Assembly: GCA_041650715.1 (NCBI GenBank)
Contig: JBAZKQ010000001.1
Location: forward strand, 723,913 to 787,912
Origin: Patescibacteria group bacterium
Lineage (GTDB): Bacteria; Patescibacteriota; Patescibacteriia; Patescibacteriales; UBA12465
Length of the DNA stretch: 64,000 bases
Direction: 5' to 3'
Positions 52,013-61,582 of this stretch are shown here, piece after piece (the first letter of the stretch is position 1; every line of letters starts with the position of its first letter). The position numbers and the translations under genes were made by a program. Below the pieces are notes generated by a model that saw only the letters and a list, made by a program, of their open reading frames with translations, was not told the origin of the DNA and ran no database searches.

Positions 52013-52282
52013 ATGGGACAAGTAATCCTCGGCATTATTATTACCCTCGCCAGCGTTTTTATGATTATAAAGACGGAATGGCTGGTTAATAATTTTGGCC
52101 GCATCGCCTGGTTCGAAGACAAGCTCGGTTCCGAGGGCGGTACAAGGCTTGGTTATAAATTAATCGGCATTATCGCACTATTTATCGGTATCGTTGTTAT
52201 GACCGGTAGCGGGCAAGATTTAATGAATTGGCTGCTCAGTCCACTCATCAAATCTGGTCAGCCCTCTTCACAAATTAAATAA
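52013..52282 (+). CDS. small membrane protein
   Basis: 89 aa with two hydrophobic helices. Confidence 0.5.
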   Translation: MGQVILGIIITLASVFMIIKTEWLVNNFGRIAWFEDKLGSEGGTRLGYKLIGIIALFIGIVVMTGSGQDLMNWLLSPLIKSGQPSSQIK

Positions 52283-52326
52283 TCCTGTTTATAATCATAA
52301 AGTCATCTTTCGAAGGTGACTTGATT

Positions 52327-52399
52327 GGGCCCTTAGCTCATCTGGTAGAGCACCTGCTTTGCAAGCAGGGGGTGGCAGGTTCGAGTCCTGTAGGGTCCA
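52327..52399 (+). tRNA. tRNA-Ala(UGC)
   Basis: Cloverleaf folds by hand. Anticodon loop CUUUGCAAG, G3:U70 identity pair, T-loop GGTTCGAGTCC. CCA is not encoded. Confidence 0.9.
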
Positions 52400-52410
52400 C
52401 TAAACAAAGA

Positions 52411-52440
52411 AAATTCCTAACTACGTTAGGAATTTTTTTG
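52411..52440 (+). terminator. intrinsic terminator after tRNA-Ala
   Basis: ATTCCTAAC-TAC-GTTAGGAAT followed by T7. Confidence 0.75.
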
Positions 52441-52454
52441 TTTATGGTTCGCAA

Positions 52455-52612
52455 CTACAGGACGAGAACAGGCGGCGAGCGAGATATTAGGGCGAGTGAA
52501 ACGAGCCATAATAATCGAGCGACGATAAACGCGAGTTGGCGAGCGTTTAGCGGGTCCGCCACGGCAAGGAGCAGGCGCCGCTAAGGCGCTTGCGACGCGA
52601 AAGTCCTGTAAT
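52455..52612. ncRNA. GC-rich structured element of unknown class
   Basis: Closing inverted repeat ACAGGAC (52457-52463) / GTCCTGT (52603-52609). Internal hairpins (AAACGC..GCGTTT; AGGCGCC-GCTAA-GGCGCTT). Repeated CGAG(C/T)G words. Composition stands out from the flanks. Confidence 0.35.
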
Positions 52613-52656
52613 TAATTACGACCGTGACCGAGTCCTGAACGTAATAACTCTTACAT

Positions 52657-53430
52657 TTAATTTTTACCCATTCTCTTTGCTTCTATCCAAGCCAACTCAA
52701 ACATTTTTTTCATAACATCGGCGATTTCATCTGACTCAATAATAATTCCTAATTTCTCTCGCCAAGAGGCAATCATAATTTTATTATCATAAATATCAAT
52801 TTCAGGAGAGAAGCCGTATTTATCAATCGGAACTAAGGCAACTTCACGAGCTTCATCATTCCCCAATCTCATTCGTTCGCGCGCCAAAGGTGTATCCGGA
52901 ACAATCCCCCTAATAGAAATGCCTTTTTCAGCACGACGTTTATAATATTCCGGAAAATAATTTGGCAAAGTTTTATGCATATCCTCAAAAGCAGCATAAG
53001 CTACAATTGGCTCAGTGGCTGTTAGTGTATCTTCGTAAACCTGCTTTAAGCCATCTATGCCTTCATAAAAACGGACCTTAGGACGGTCGCCCACATTATA
53101 AAGCGAGGCGAGATCCGGAATCATTTTATTAATTTCATTAACAATAGATTTTTGTTTTTCAACTTGTCCATTTAAATATTTAGACAAATTTTCCGGAGAT
53201 TCAGCCATATACTCCTGCTTAGGCTCTTTTCCAGAAATGCTTGCCAGACCTTTGCTGGCCAAGCTATCAAGAATAACATAACCAGTTGTGCGATTTATCT
53301 TTGCTTTACGAGAAATTTCAGAGACTGTCCCCCGCCCCATTTCCAGTAGTGTCAAAAAAACAGAGACTTCTTTATCTAAAAATCCCGCCTTTCTTAATAG
53401 ATCTTCTATTTTAATTAGCTGTTCTTTCAT
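52657..53430 (-). CDS. TrmB-family HTH transcriptional regulator (paralog 2)
   Basis: 257 aa. wHTH region (VSVFLTLLEMGRGTVSEISRKAKINRTTGYVILDSLASKGL). RPKVRFYEGIDGLKQVYEDTL block shared with ORF 37912. Confidence 0.75.
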   Translation of the reverse strand: MKEQLIKIEDLLRKAGFLDKEVSVFLTLLEMGRGTVSEISRKAKINRTTGYVILDSLASKGLASISGKEPKQEYMAESPENLSKYLNGQVEKQKSIVNEINKMIPDLASLYNVGDRPKVRFYEGIDGLKQVYEDTLTATEPIVAYAAFEDMHKTLPNYFPEYYKRRAEKGISIRGIVPDTPLARERMRLGNDEAREVALVPIDKYGFSPEIDIYDNKIMIASWREKLGIIIESDEIADVMKKMFELAWIEAKRMGKN

Positions 53431-53438
53431 ATAAAATA

Positions 53439-53467
53439 ATTATACACCAAAACCAATTTTGTGTCAA
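53439..53467 (-). promoter_or_regulatory. consensus sigma70 promoter giving a (near-)leaderless trmB-like mRNA
   Basis: Minus strand TTGACA (53467-53462), 17 nt, TATAAT (53444-53439). Only 8 nt separate the -10 from ATG 53430. Confidence 0.65.
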
Positions 53468-53556
53468 TAATATATAACAAAATATTTTACTACTAAAAAT
53501 AGCTATATTATTTGGCTATTTTATAATATATTTATGATAATTTTAATTGACATCTA

Positions 53557-53585
53557 TTGACAAGCTCATTTTAATATGCTATAAT
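53557..53585 (+). promoter_or_regulatory. consensus sigma70 promoter for ORF 53640
   Basis: TTGACA (53557-53562), 17 nt, TATAAT (53580-53585). A second TTGACA lies 10 nt upstream. GGAG SD at 53627-53630. Confidence 0.7.
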
Positions 53586-53639
53586 TTTCTATTGATAATA
53601 AAACCAGTAAATTAACAATCTAATATAGGAGAACAAACA

Positions 53640-54317
53640 ATGTACATAGATCTTAGCTCTATTAAAGCAAAAATTTTGGAGGAAACAGAAGATGAAAGGA
53701 ACAAAATCCAAGACATCATTCGATTACGCAACGAGATAGATAAAAGGCGTACGCGAATAACATATTATGTATTCGTATGCGCATTGGCTTATGTTTTAAT
53801 CGCCACTCAAGGCTGGATTAATTGGTATCTGATCCCAATTATGATAGCCGTACTACTAGCGGGGTTTTTATTCGCTGATTCTAAATTTATCCAATACTGC
53901 TCCGAGGGGGTTCAAAAAAAGGGAGAAGACCTTTTTTCACTGAAGGAGGTTGCCTCGAAAAAAAAAGATATGATTCTTCAGGAGAGCGATAATGTATCAA
54001 AGTATTTAAGCTACCTGCAACAAGAAACAATGAAGGCTGTGCTAAATGATTTCGACTATTATTCTGTATGTATGAAGAATAAAGGCGAGGTTGATCAAGA
54101 AAGAAAAAGAATAATCAATGAAATTAGATCAGCATTCTCGAAACGCGGGTTGTTTCTATCATTTACTTCTTCATACCAGGATCTAAAATTCGAGTTCTCT
54201 CGCAAATTTAATTATAAATGGGGGGACGGTCTTGAACATACAAAAATTTGTCAAATAAGTGCACACGGTGACAAAATCTCTTTTTACTCCTATTCTTATT
54301 ACCCAAGTTACTTTTAA
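53640..54317 (+). CDS. hypothetical membrane protein (AT-rich accessory gene)
   Basis: 225 aa. Charged N-terminus, two TM helices (YYVFVCALAYVLIA.., LIPIMIAVLLAGFLF), soluble C-domain. Good SD and promoter. Confidence 0.65.
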   Translation: MYIDLSSIKAKILEETEDERNKIQDIIRLRNEIDKRRTRITYYVFVCALAYVLIATQGWINWYLIPIMIAVLLAGFLFADSKFIQYCSEGVQKKGEDLFSLKEVASKKKDMILQESDNVSKYLSYLQQETMKAVLNDFDYYSVCMKNKGEVDQERKRIINEIRSAFSKRGLFLSFTSSYQDLKFEFSRKFNYKWGDGLEHTKICQISAHGDKISFYSYSYYPSYF

Positions 54318-54420
54318 CAATGCTTTTTCAATCCAAGTACAAATTGTCTCCAAATTGACAAAATTGAAGCTCTAACCAAAAAAAATTGACATCCTTTCTG
54401 TAATTTTATAAAATAAATAA

Positions 54421-54720
54421 AGAAGAGGTTGTTTGTTTTCATTTTCATTACTCGTCGACTTTGATCGGCTCGTAAACAAATTACTCGTATTCACTCTTTA
54501 AGTGCTTGGTTAATCGCTTGATGGTTTGTTGATGGTTGGTTGGTTTTCCTTCCCAGATACGGAGTGCCAATAAGCTCTCCCACATCTACGCAAAATGTAC
54601 GTTCTTTAAATCTTCTCGGATCCGAGCCAAAAAATTGGCTCGCATATCCACGCAGCACCCCACCTCTGTTCTGTTTTCCTGTGTTCAAAGCTTCGGTATT
54701 TAAAAACCGAAGCTTTTTTC
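54421..54720 (+). ncRNA. candidate ~300-nt small RNA bounded by a promoter and an intrinsic terminator
   Basis: Promoter TTGACA (54386-54391), 17 nt, TAAAAT (54409-54414). Terminator AAGCTTCGGT..ACCGAAGCTT plus T-run (54688-54720). No convincing ORF. Internal CGAGCCAA-AAAA-TTGGCTCG hairpin and a G/U-rich repeat tract. Confidence 0.4.
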
Positions 54721-54779
54721 TTTTCCAAGGCTTTATTTTTGCTTTTGCCCCTTTATCCTAAAGATGATAAAATTAAGCC

Positions 54780-57542
54780 ATGTCCAAAACAAAACCCAAA
54801 TTAATAATCATTGACGGGAATGCCCTAATTCACCGCAGTTTCCACGCCCTCCCTCCTACCCTACGCACCAAAAAAGGCGTTTTAGTAAACGCGGTTTATG
54901 GCTTCTCCTCCTTCCTCCTCAAGGCTCTGAACGAATTCCACCCGGAATACGTAGTTTTAACTTTGGATAAAAAGGGCCCGACTTTTCGACATGAGGCTTA
55001 TGCTGAATATAAAGGGACGCGCGTTAAAGCACCCGATGAGTTATATGAGCAAATTCCTTTAGTTAAAAAGGTGGCCGAAGCTTTTAATATTCCAATCTTT
55101 GAGCTCAGCGGCTTTGAGGCGGACGACCTCATCGGTACGCTTTGCGAAAAAACAAAAACCGAGAAGAACTTAGAAAAAATAATTATTACCGGCGACCTTG
55201 ATACTCTCCAACTTATTGACGATAAAACTAAAGTCTATACGATGAGCCGCGGCCTGTCCGATAGCGTCCTCTATGGTGCAGACGAGGTCAGAGCGCGTTA
55301 TAATCTCAACCCGGATCAAATTATCGACTATAAGGCGCTACGGGGCGATGTGAGTGATAATATTCCCGGCGTTAAAGGCATTGGCGAAAAGACGGCCAGC
55401 GAATTACTGGTTGATTTTAAAACTTTAGACGGCGTTTACACGGCGGCAAACAAAAATGATAAAAAAATTAAGCCGCGGATTATTGATTTGCTCAAAGAAC
55501 ATAAGTCCGACGCCTATCTTAGCCAAGACTTGGCGACAATTCATTTAAACGCGCCCATTAAATTCTCCCTGGCTGATGTTAGTTTTCGCTCCTTCGAATT
55601 AGAGAATGTCCTCTCTATTTTCAGTGAATTTGAATTCCGTTCCCTGCTGCCGAAAGTAAAAGAATTGCGCGATAAAATCAATAAAGAAAATGATAACCAA
55701 AAAAATTCCCTTCTTCCGGAAAACAAGAACTCGGGCGACATAAAATTCGCCCGTAACGCCAAGCAATTTAAATATGAATTAATCGATAATGATAAAAAAT
55801 TCACCAGCTTCTTAAAAAAAATAAAAGCTCAGAAAGAATTTGCGCTCGACGCGGAAACTTCCGGCCTCGATCCGATTACTTCCGATTTGCTCGGCCTGTC
55901 TTTCTCCTGGAAAACGGGCGAGGCTTACTTTGTTTTAATTAATAAAAAGAGACTTGCCGAATTAAAGCCCTTGCTCATAAATCCAAAAATAAAAAAATAC
56001 GGCCATAACCTTAAATTCGATTGGCGCGTTTTAAAAAACCAAGGAGTTGAGCTTCAGGGGCTCGCCTTTGATACGATGATCGCCTCCTATTTATTAAACC
56101 CCGGCAATCGGCAACATAATTTAGACGCCGTCGTTTTTTCCGAACTGGGCTTTGAAAAAATCAGTAAAATAAATTTGGCCGATACTCAACCGGGCCAACT
56201 CAGTCTCGATTTTACCGCGCTCGACCCGGAAAAATTAAGCCTTTACTCCTGCGAGGACGCGGACTTTACTAATCGCCTGGTTAAAGTTTTGGGCTCGCGT
56301 TTAAAAAGCGAGAAATTAACTGATTTATTTAATAATTTAGAGATGCCGCTTGTAGCGATTCTGGGCGAGATCGAAGATAATGGCATTAAGCTTGATTTAA
56401 CGCCTTTAAAAATTTTAGATAAAGAAGTGGGCGGTAAATTAAAAAAGTTGGAAAAAAATATTCACACTCTGGCTAAGGAAAAATTCAATATCAATTCTAC
56501 TAAACAACTGAAGGAAATCCTCTTTGAAAAATTGGCGATTCCGACCGATAATCTTAAAAAAACCAAAACCGGTTTCTCTACGGCTGAAGATACTTTAGAA
56601 AAATTAAATGATTTGCATCCAATAATTCCCTTACTGCGTGACTACCGTGAACTTAATAAACTTCAAACGACTTATTTAAATGCCCTGCCGGAAATGATAA
56701 ATTCGAAGACTGGGCGTATCCACACTAATTTTAATCAAACCGTAGCCGCCACCGGCCGTTTATCTTCAAACGATCCTAATCTGCAAAATATTCCTACCCG
56801 AACCGAAGAAGGCCGGAAGGTGCGCACTGCCTTTGTCGCTGCGCCCGGCTATTCGCTTCTCAGTTTCGACTATTCCCAAATCGAGCTTCGCCTGGCCGCT
56901 CATATTTCCGGCGACAAGAAAATGATTGCCGCCTTTAAAAATAATGAGGACATCCATACGGCGACGGCTGCCGAAATTAACGGACTGAAATTAGACGGGG
57001 TCACGAAAAATATGCGCCGCGAAGCCAAGGCGATAAATTTTGGTATTCTCTACGGTCAAGGTCCGCACGGCCTAAGCCAAAGCGCGGGGATTCCTTATTA
57101 CCAAGCCACCGAATTCATAAAAAAATATTGGGAAGCCTACCCAAGCATAAAAAAAATGATTGATAACTCAATTAAGACGGCCCAAAAAAATTCCTATGCC
57201 ATTACTTTATTTGGCCGCCGCCGCCCTTTGCCGGAAATAAATTCGACTATCCCGATGGTCCGAAAAAGCGCCGAGCGCATGGCGATAAATACGCCTCTCC
57301 AGGGAACGGCTGCTGATTTAATTAAAATGGCGATGATTAAAGTCGAGGAGTTAATTAAGGGACATGAGACAGATATTCGTATGCTCCTGCAAATTCACGA
57401 TGAGTTGATTTTTGAAGTAAAAAAAGATAAGCTTGATTTCTACTCACCGAAAATTAAAAATATCATGCAAGACGTGCTTGCTTTGCGCGTCCCGATTATC
57501 GTTGACGAGGGCCGGGGTAATAATTGGGGCGAATTAAAATAA
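54780..57542 (+). CDS. polA: DNA polymerase I
   Basis: 920 aa. 5'-nuclease N-terminus (IIIDGNALIHRSFHAL), a 3'-5' exo-like middle, and pol A motifs (DYSQIELRLAAH, QIHDELIFE). Confidence 0.95.
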   Translation: MSKTKPKLIIIDGNALIHRSFHALPPTLRTKKGVLVNAVYGFSSFLLKALNEFHPEYVVLTLDKKGPTFRHEAYAEYKGTRVKAPDELYEQIPLVKKVAEAFNIPIFELSGFEADDLIGTLCEKTKTEKNLEKIIITGDLDTLQLIDDKTKVYTMSRGLSDSVLYGADEVRARYNLNPDQIIDYKALRGDVSDNIPGVKGIGEKTASELLVDFKTLDGVYTAANKNDKKIKPRIIDLLKEHKSDAYLSQDLATIHLNAPIKFSLADVSFRSFELENVLSIFSEFEFRSLLPKVKELRDKINKENDNQKNSLLPENKNSGDIKFARNAKQFKYELIDNDKKFTSFLKKIKAQKEFALDAETSGLDPITSDLLGLSFSWKTGEAYFVLINKKRLAELKPLLINPKIKKYGHNLKFDWRVLKNQGVELQGLAFDTMIASYLLNPGNRQHNLDAVVFSELGFEKISKINLADTQPGQLSLDFTALDPEKLSLYSCEDADFTNRLVKVLGSRLKSEKLTDLFNNLEMPLVAILGEIEDNGIKLDLTPLKILDKEVGGKLKKLEKNIHTLAKEKFNINSTKQLKEILFEKLAIPTDNLKKTKTGFSTAEDTLEKLNDLHPIIPLLRDYRELNKLQTTYLNALPEMINSKTGRIHTNFNQTVAATGRLSSNDPNLQNIPTRTEEGRKVRTAFVAAPGYSLLSFDYSQIELRLAAHISGDKKMIAAFKNNEDIHTATAAEINGLKLDGVTKNMRREAKAINFGILYGQGPHGLSQSAGIPYYQATEFIKKYWEAYPSIKKMIDNSIKTAQKNSYAITLFGRRRPLPEINSTIPMVRKSAERMAINTPLQGTAADLIKMAMIKVEELIKGHETDIRMLLQIHDELIFEVKKDKLDFYSPKIKNIMQDVLALRVPIIVDEGRGNNWGELK

Positions 57543-57592
57543 AAAACCGCCTCCGAAGAAAGAGACGGTATAAAAGAGAACATTTTTGGAAA

Positions 57593-57841
57593 CTATCCGG
57601 CTTCGAGAGTGGGATCTTCTTCAACCGGTTGCAAAAGAATTGCAAAGGCCAGCGAAAGGATTCCTCCGATAAGAATGAGATAGGCCACCCATTGATGATT
57701 AGCCGGCTCAAACCAGGCGAGGGTAGAAAAAGTAAAAACGACAAAATCGATTTTGAAGCCAACCAGCAAGATAACGTTGGCTACAAAAACCGCGAAAACC
57801 AAATAAAAGAAAATTGAAAGGAACTTCCGAAACTTTTTCAT
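57593..57841 (-). CDS. small membrane protein
   Basis: 82 aa with two or three hydrophobic helices. Convergent with polA. Confidence 0.45.
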   Translation of the reverse strand: MKKFRKFLSIFFYLVFAVFVANVILLVGFKIDFVVFTFSTLAWFEPANHQWVAYLILIGGILSLAFAILLQPVEEDPTLEAG

Positions 57842-57941
57842 AAAACCAAGATTTAGTAGGCAGTTAAGAGATCTAATGAACTATTCAAACCTTATAATAT
57901 TTCGTGCCGATAGTCAATAATACAGGCAGTGCATAAAAAAA

Positions 57942-60545
57942 ATGAAACCAGACAGCAAAAAACCAAATATATTTACTTTTGAATCATATTCGATTAATGA
58001 AAAAACGGATACGATTAATTTTTGTTATTCTTTCGACAATGGCCTTAAATTTACGGAAACAATTTCTCTCGGCGGGGGTAAAATCGATTGGCATCGCGTC
58101 AATCGCCCATTAATTACCAGGATAATTTTTAATCTCCAGCTCGCTCTCGGGATTGGTTATTATAAAGCTTATTGCCCGAAAAAAATACTTATTAAAAGCG
58201 GCGCGCTTTCCCGCGGAGAAGCCGAATTTTGGAATAAACTTTATACTAAAGGCCTCGGCGAATTTTTTTATCGCAATAAAATTGATTACCGCGGTTTAAT
58301 TAATTTCCCTTACCAAAAAAATAAAAGTACTCAGGCCGTCACTATTAAATTAAGTGAGCGCGTTCTTCTCCCTTGGGGTGGCGGTAAAGATTCATGCGTC
58401 TCTGCTGAACTCTTAAAAGAGTTGGGGCACGATTTTACTCTTATTACTTTACGCGATAGCGATATCCAAAGAGCCACGGCGAAAATAAGCGGTAAAGCGC
58501 GCATTATTAATGATCGTATTATCGACCCGGCTCTTATTGAATTAAATAAGTCCGGTGTTTATAATGGCCATATTCCAATTTCCGCAATTTACGCCTGGAT
58601 GACGGTTTTGGGTGCGGTTCTTTATGACTATAGCCACATTATTTATTCTAATGAAGCCAGCGCCAATTTTGGGAACATCAATTATCTGGGCTCAGAAATA
58701 AATCATCAATATAGTAAGTCGCTTGAATTCGAAAATGATTTTCGGGATTATTTAAAAAATTTCGTTTCTCCCGACATTAATCATTTTAGTTCCCTGCGCC
58801 AATTTTCTGACTTAAAAATCAGCCGCCTTTTTTCCAAATATCCAAAATATTTTCCCGTATTTTCCAGTTGTAACCGCAATTTTTCAATTACGAAGAAAGC
58901 GGCTTCGCGCTGGTGCGGCGAGTGCCCGAAATGTTTATTTACTTTTTCCCAACTGGCCGCATATATTGAACGCCCGAAGTTAATCGCCACCTTCGGCCAA
59001 AATTTATTCGCGCGCAAAGAGCTTCTACCTTTATTCCAGGAGCTGTGGGGCGAAAAAAAATTTAAACCCTTTGACTGCGTCGGCACACCCGGCGAAGTTC
59101 GGGCCGCCCTGCTTTTAAGCGCGGCCAAAAAAGATTGGAATCAAGACTTTATCGTAAAATATTTTAATAAACAGATCGCTCCGAAAATAAGCAATCCGGG
59201 AAAGTTGATTAATGATGCCTTAAAAAATAAAACGGAACATAATATCCCGGCCAATTTCCGCTCAACTTTGATTCTCGGTTTTGGCATCGAAGGTAAATTT
59301 GCCGCCGACTACTTACAAAAAAAATATCCCGGTTTTAAATTTGCGATTGCCGACCAAAAAGATGGACCGGACTATTTATCTGCGGTAAAGGACTATGATG
59401 TAATTATAAAATCACCCGGCATTAGCCTCCGAGAACCGGAACTCGTCGCTGCCCAAAACTCCGGCCGAGAAATAACTTCGATTACTAATATATTCTTGGA
59501 AAAATATGGCGCGCAAACTATCGGCGTTACCGGCACCAAGGGAAAAAGTACGACCGCTTCGCTTATCTATGAAATACTTAAGGCCGCCGGAAAGAACGTC
59601 TATCTGGTAGGCAATATCGGCTTCGACCCGCTATCGCACCTCCTCTGTGCACCCGACAAAAATAAAATATTTGTCTACGAATTATCGAGCTATCAATTAG
59701 AAAGCGCTAAACACAGCCCCCATATTTCCGTGTTTATCAATATCTTCCCCGATCATCTGCCTTATCACCGCGGCTTTAATAATTATTTTAAAGCCAAAAC
59801 CAATATCACTAATTTCCAGACGCCCGCCGACCTTTTTATTTACAACGATAAATATCCGGCCATAAAAAAACTAGCGGCCCGCACGCCGGCGCAAACCCTG
59901 GCCTACCCAAAAGAATGCTCCGTCCGTGGCACCAATATTTATTATTTTTCAGAAAAAATAATTGCCTTGTCTGACATTAAACTTTTGGGTGAACATAATA
60001 TTAAAAATATTATGGCGGCCATCTGCGTGGCTAAAAATTATAAAATCTCCACGGCCGCGATTAAGCGCGCCTTAAGTAAATTCACCAATCTCAATCACCG
60101 TTTAGAATTTGTCGGCCGGTTTAAAAATATCGCTTTTTACGACGACGCAATTTCCACCACCCCGGAATCAACGCTGGCGGCTATTGAAGTATTCAAAGAA
60201 AAAATTGGCACCCTTATTTTAGGCGGCGAAGACCGCGGCTATAAATTCGGCGCCTTAGCCAAACGCTTGGCTGAACTTAAAATCAGAAATTATGTTTTCT
60301 TTCCGAATAGCGGGCGAGCAATTGCGTCCGCGATTCAAAAAGCGTACCAGAAAAAAGGACTAAAGGCTCCAGACATCCTATTCACCAAAAGTATGGCTGA
60401 AGCCGTAAAATTTGCCTATAAAAATACCGCGGCCGATCAGATTTGTCTCCTTTCCACCGCCTCGCCAAGCTATTCAATCTTTAGAGACTTTAAAGAGAAG
60501 GGAGATTTATTCCAAGCCGCCGTAAAAAAGACCGCTAAATTATGA
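57942..60545 (+). CDS. murD: fusion protein: N-terminal PP-loop (adenine-nucleotide alpha-hydrolase-like) domain plus C-terminal UDP-N-acetylmuramoylalanine--glutamate ligase (MurD)
   Basis: 867 aa. The N-half has PWGGGKDS (SGGxDS-like PP-loop) and WCGECPKCLF. The C-half has a MurD Rossmann N-domain (ILGFGIEGKFAADYL) and a GVTGTKGKSTT P-loop. Confidence 0.75.
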   Translation: MKPDSKKPNIFTFESYSINEKTDTINFCYSFDNGLKFTETISLGGGKIDWHRVNRPLITRIIFNLQLALGIGYYKAYCPKKILIKSGALSRGEAEFWNKLYTKGLGEFFYRNKIDYRGLINFPYQKNKSTQAVTIKLSERVLLPWGGGKDSCVSAELLKELGHDFTLITLRDSDIQRATAKISGKARIINDRIIDPALIELNKSGVYNGHIPISAIYAWMTVLGAVLYDYSHIIYSNEASANFGNINYLGSEINHQYSKSLEFENDFRDYLKNFVSPDINHFSSLRQFSDLKISRLFSKYPKYFPVFSSCNRNFSITKKAASRWCGECPKCLFTFSQLAAYIERPKLIATFGQNLFARKELLPLFQELWGEKKFKPFDCVGTPGEVRAALLLSAAKKDWNQDFIVKYFNKQIAPKISNPGKLINDALKNKTEHNIPANFRSTLILGFGIEGKFAADYLQKKYPGFKFAIADQKDGPDYLSAVKDYDVIIKSPGISLREPELVAAQNSGREITSITNIFLEKYGAQTIGVTGTKGKSTTASLIYEILKAAGKNVYLVGNIGFDPLSHLLCAPDKNKIFVYELSSYQLESAKHSPHISVFINIFPDHLPYHRGFNNYFKAKTNITNFQTPADLFIYNDKYPAIKKLAARTPAQTLAYPKECSVRGTNIYYFSEKIIALSDIKLLGEHNIKNIMAAICVAKNYKISTAAIKRALSKFTNLNHRLEFVGRFKNIAFYDDAISTTPESTLAAIEVFKEKIGTLILGGEDRGYKFGALAKRLAELKIRNYVFFPNSGRAIASAIQKAYQKKGLKAPDILFTKSMAEAVKFAYKNTAADQICLLSTASPSYSIFRDFKEKGDLFQAAVKKTAKL

Positions 60546-61510
60546 TTATATTTTTACATGGAGCCGACACTTTTCGTAGCCACCGCATGCTCCAAGACAT
60601 GAAAAAAAAATTTATTAATGACGTCGATCCAAACGCCAACAGTTTAAACGTGCTCGACGGGCAAAATACCAGCCTAAAAGAAATCGGCGAAAAAATTAAT
60701 ACCGGTTCCCTCTTTGTAAAAAAACGCCTGATTATAATTGAAAATATTTTTAAAAATAAAAAAACTAAAATATTTTCCGAGCTCGCCGAGTATTTAAAAA
60801 AATTTGTGAGCGATGGTGATAATATTATTATTTTTAGCGATGAAGAGGTGAGCGGCAAAAATAAAGTTTTGAAAGCGGATGCCAAAAAACTTTTTACTTT
60901 TTTAAATAAGCAAAAATTTGCCCAAGAATTTGCGCCTCTAAGCAATCTCCAGCTGCTTGCTTTCATAAAAAAAGAAAGCGCCGCTTACGACAAAGAAATC
61001 GGCGCGAGTGCCGCCTCCCGTCTGATAAATTTGAGCGGCGGCGATCTCTGGATAATCGCCGGTGAAATAAAAAAACTGGCTTTTTATACATCCGCTAAAA
61101 TTATTAATGAGGCTGACGTGAGCACGCTTTCGACTGGCACAGTAAACGACGATATCTTTGCCCTGACCGATGCGCTGAGCGCAAAAAATAAGAATCTGGC
61201 TCTAAAATTAATTGAAGAGCAATATGCCGCCGGCCTCAGCGATGAATATTTAATCGCCATGTTAATCCGCCAGTTTAAAATACTTTTGCAAATTCGGGCC
61301 GCGCTTGATAGCCGACTAAGCCAAACAGAAATGGCCAGCCAATTAAAACTTCATCCTTATGTTATTAAAAAGGGTATGTTCCAAGCGAAAAATTTTTCGC
61401 TCTCCGATTTAAAAAACTATCTAAACCAATTGATTCATTTAGATTTTTCGCTCAAAAACGGCCTCAGTCAGATTAAAACCGAATTAATGCTTCTTATTTC
61501 CACCCTTTAG
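60542..61510 (+). CDS. holA: DNA polymerase III delta subunit
   Basis: 322 aa. MIIFLHGADTFRS... and C-terminal helical domain typical of HolA. 4-nt overlap with the upstream gene. Confidence 0.7.
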   Translation: MIIFLHGADTFRSHRMLQDMKKKFINDVDPNANSLNVLDGQNTSLKEIGEKINTGSLFVKKRLIIIENIFKNKKTKIFSELAEYLKKFVSDGDNIIIFSDEEVSGKNKVLKADAKKLFTFLNKQKFAQEFAPLSNLQLLAFIKKESAAYDKEIGASAASRLINLSGGDLWIIAGEIKKLAFYTSAKIINEADVSTLSTGTVNDDIFALTDALSAKNKNLALKLIEEQYAAGLSDEYLIAMLIRQFKILLQIRAALDSRLSQTEMASQLKLHPYVIKKGMFQAKNFSLSDLKNYLNQLIHLDFSLKNGLSQIKTELMLLISTL

Positions 61511-61582
61511 CCGCCCCCACCCGAGATTAAAAAGCTTGCGTTTTTATTTATTATTTGATATATTCTTACTCGTAAATTCAAA

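Noticed and set aside
52321-52584. 87-aa ORF.
   Set aside because: It starts inside tRNA-Ala and reads through its terminator and the GC-rich element, so it is not credible as a gene.
52384-52640. Recurrence of the tRNA-Ala 3' octamer (GAGTCCTG) as an att-site duplication marking an integrated element.
   Set aside because: The repeats are only 8-9 nt, the intervening segment is ~230 nt with no genes, and no integrase is present. The evidence is insufficient, so it is mentioned within the GC-rich element finding only.
60535-60966. 143-aa minus-strand ORF antisense to holA.
   Set aside because: It is a low-complexity Ser/Leu/Phe/Lys-rich product from an AT-rich antisense frame, and holA on the plus strand is well supported. 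The same reasoning applies to the many 60-137-aa antisense ORFs inside rpoB, rpoC, recJ, lepA, murJ, ftsK, the helicase, polA and others.
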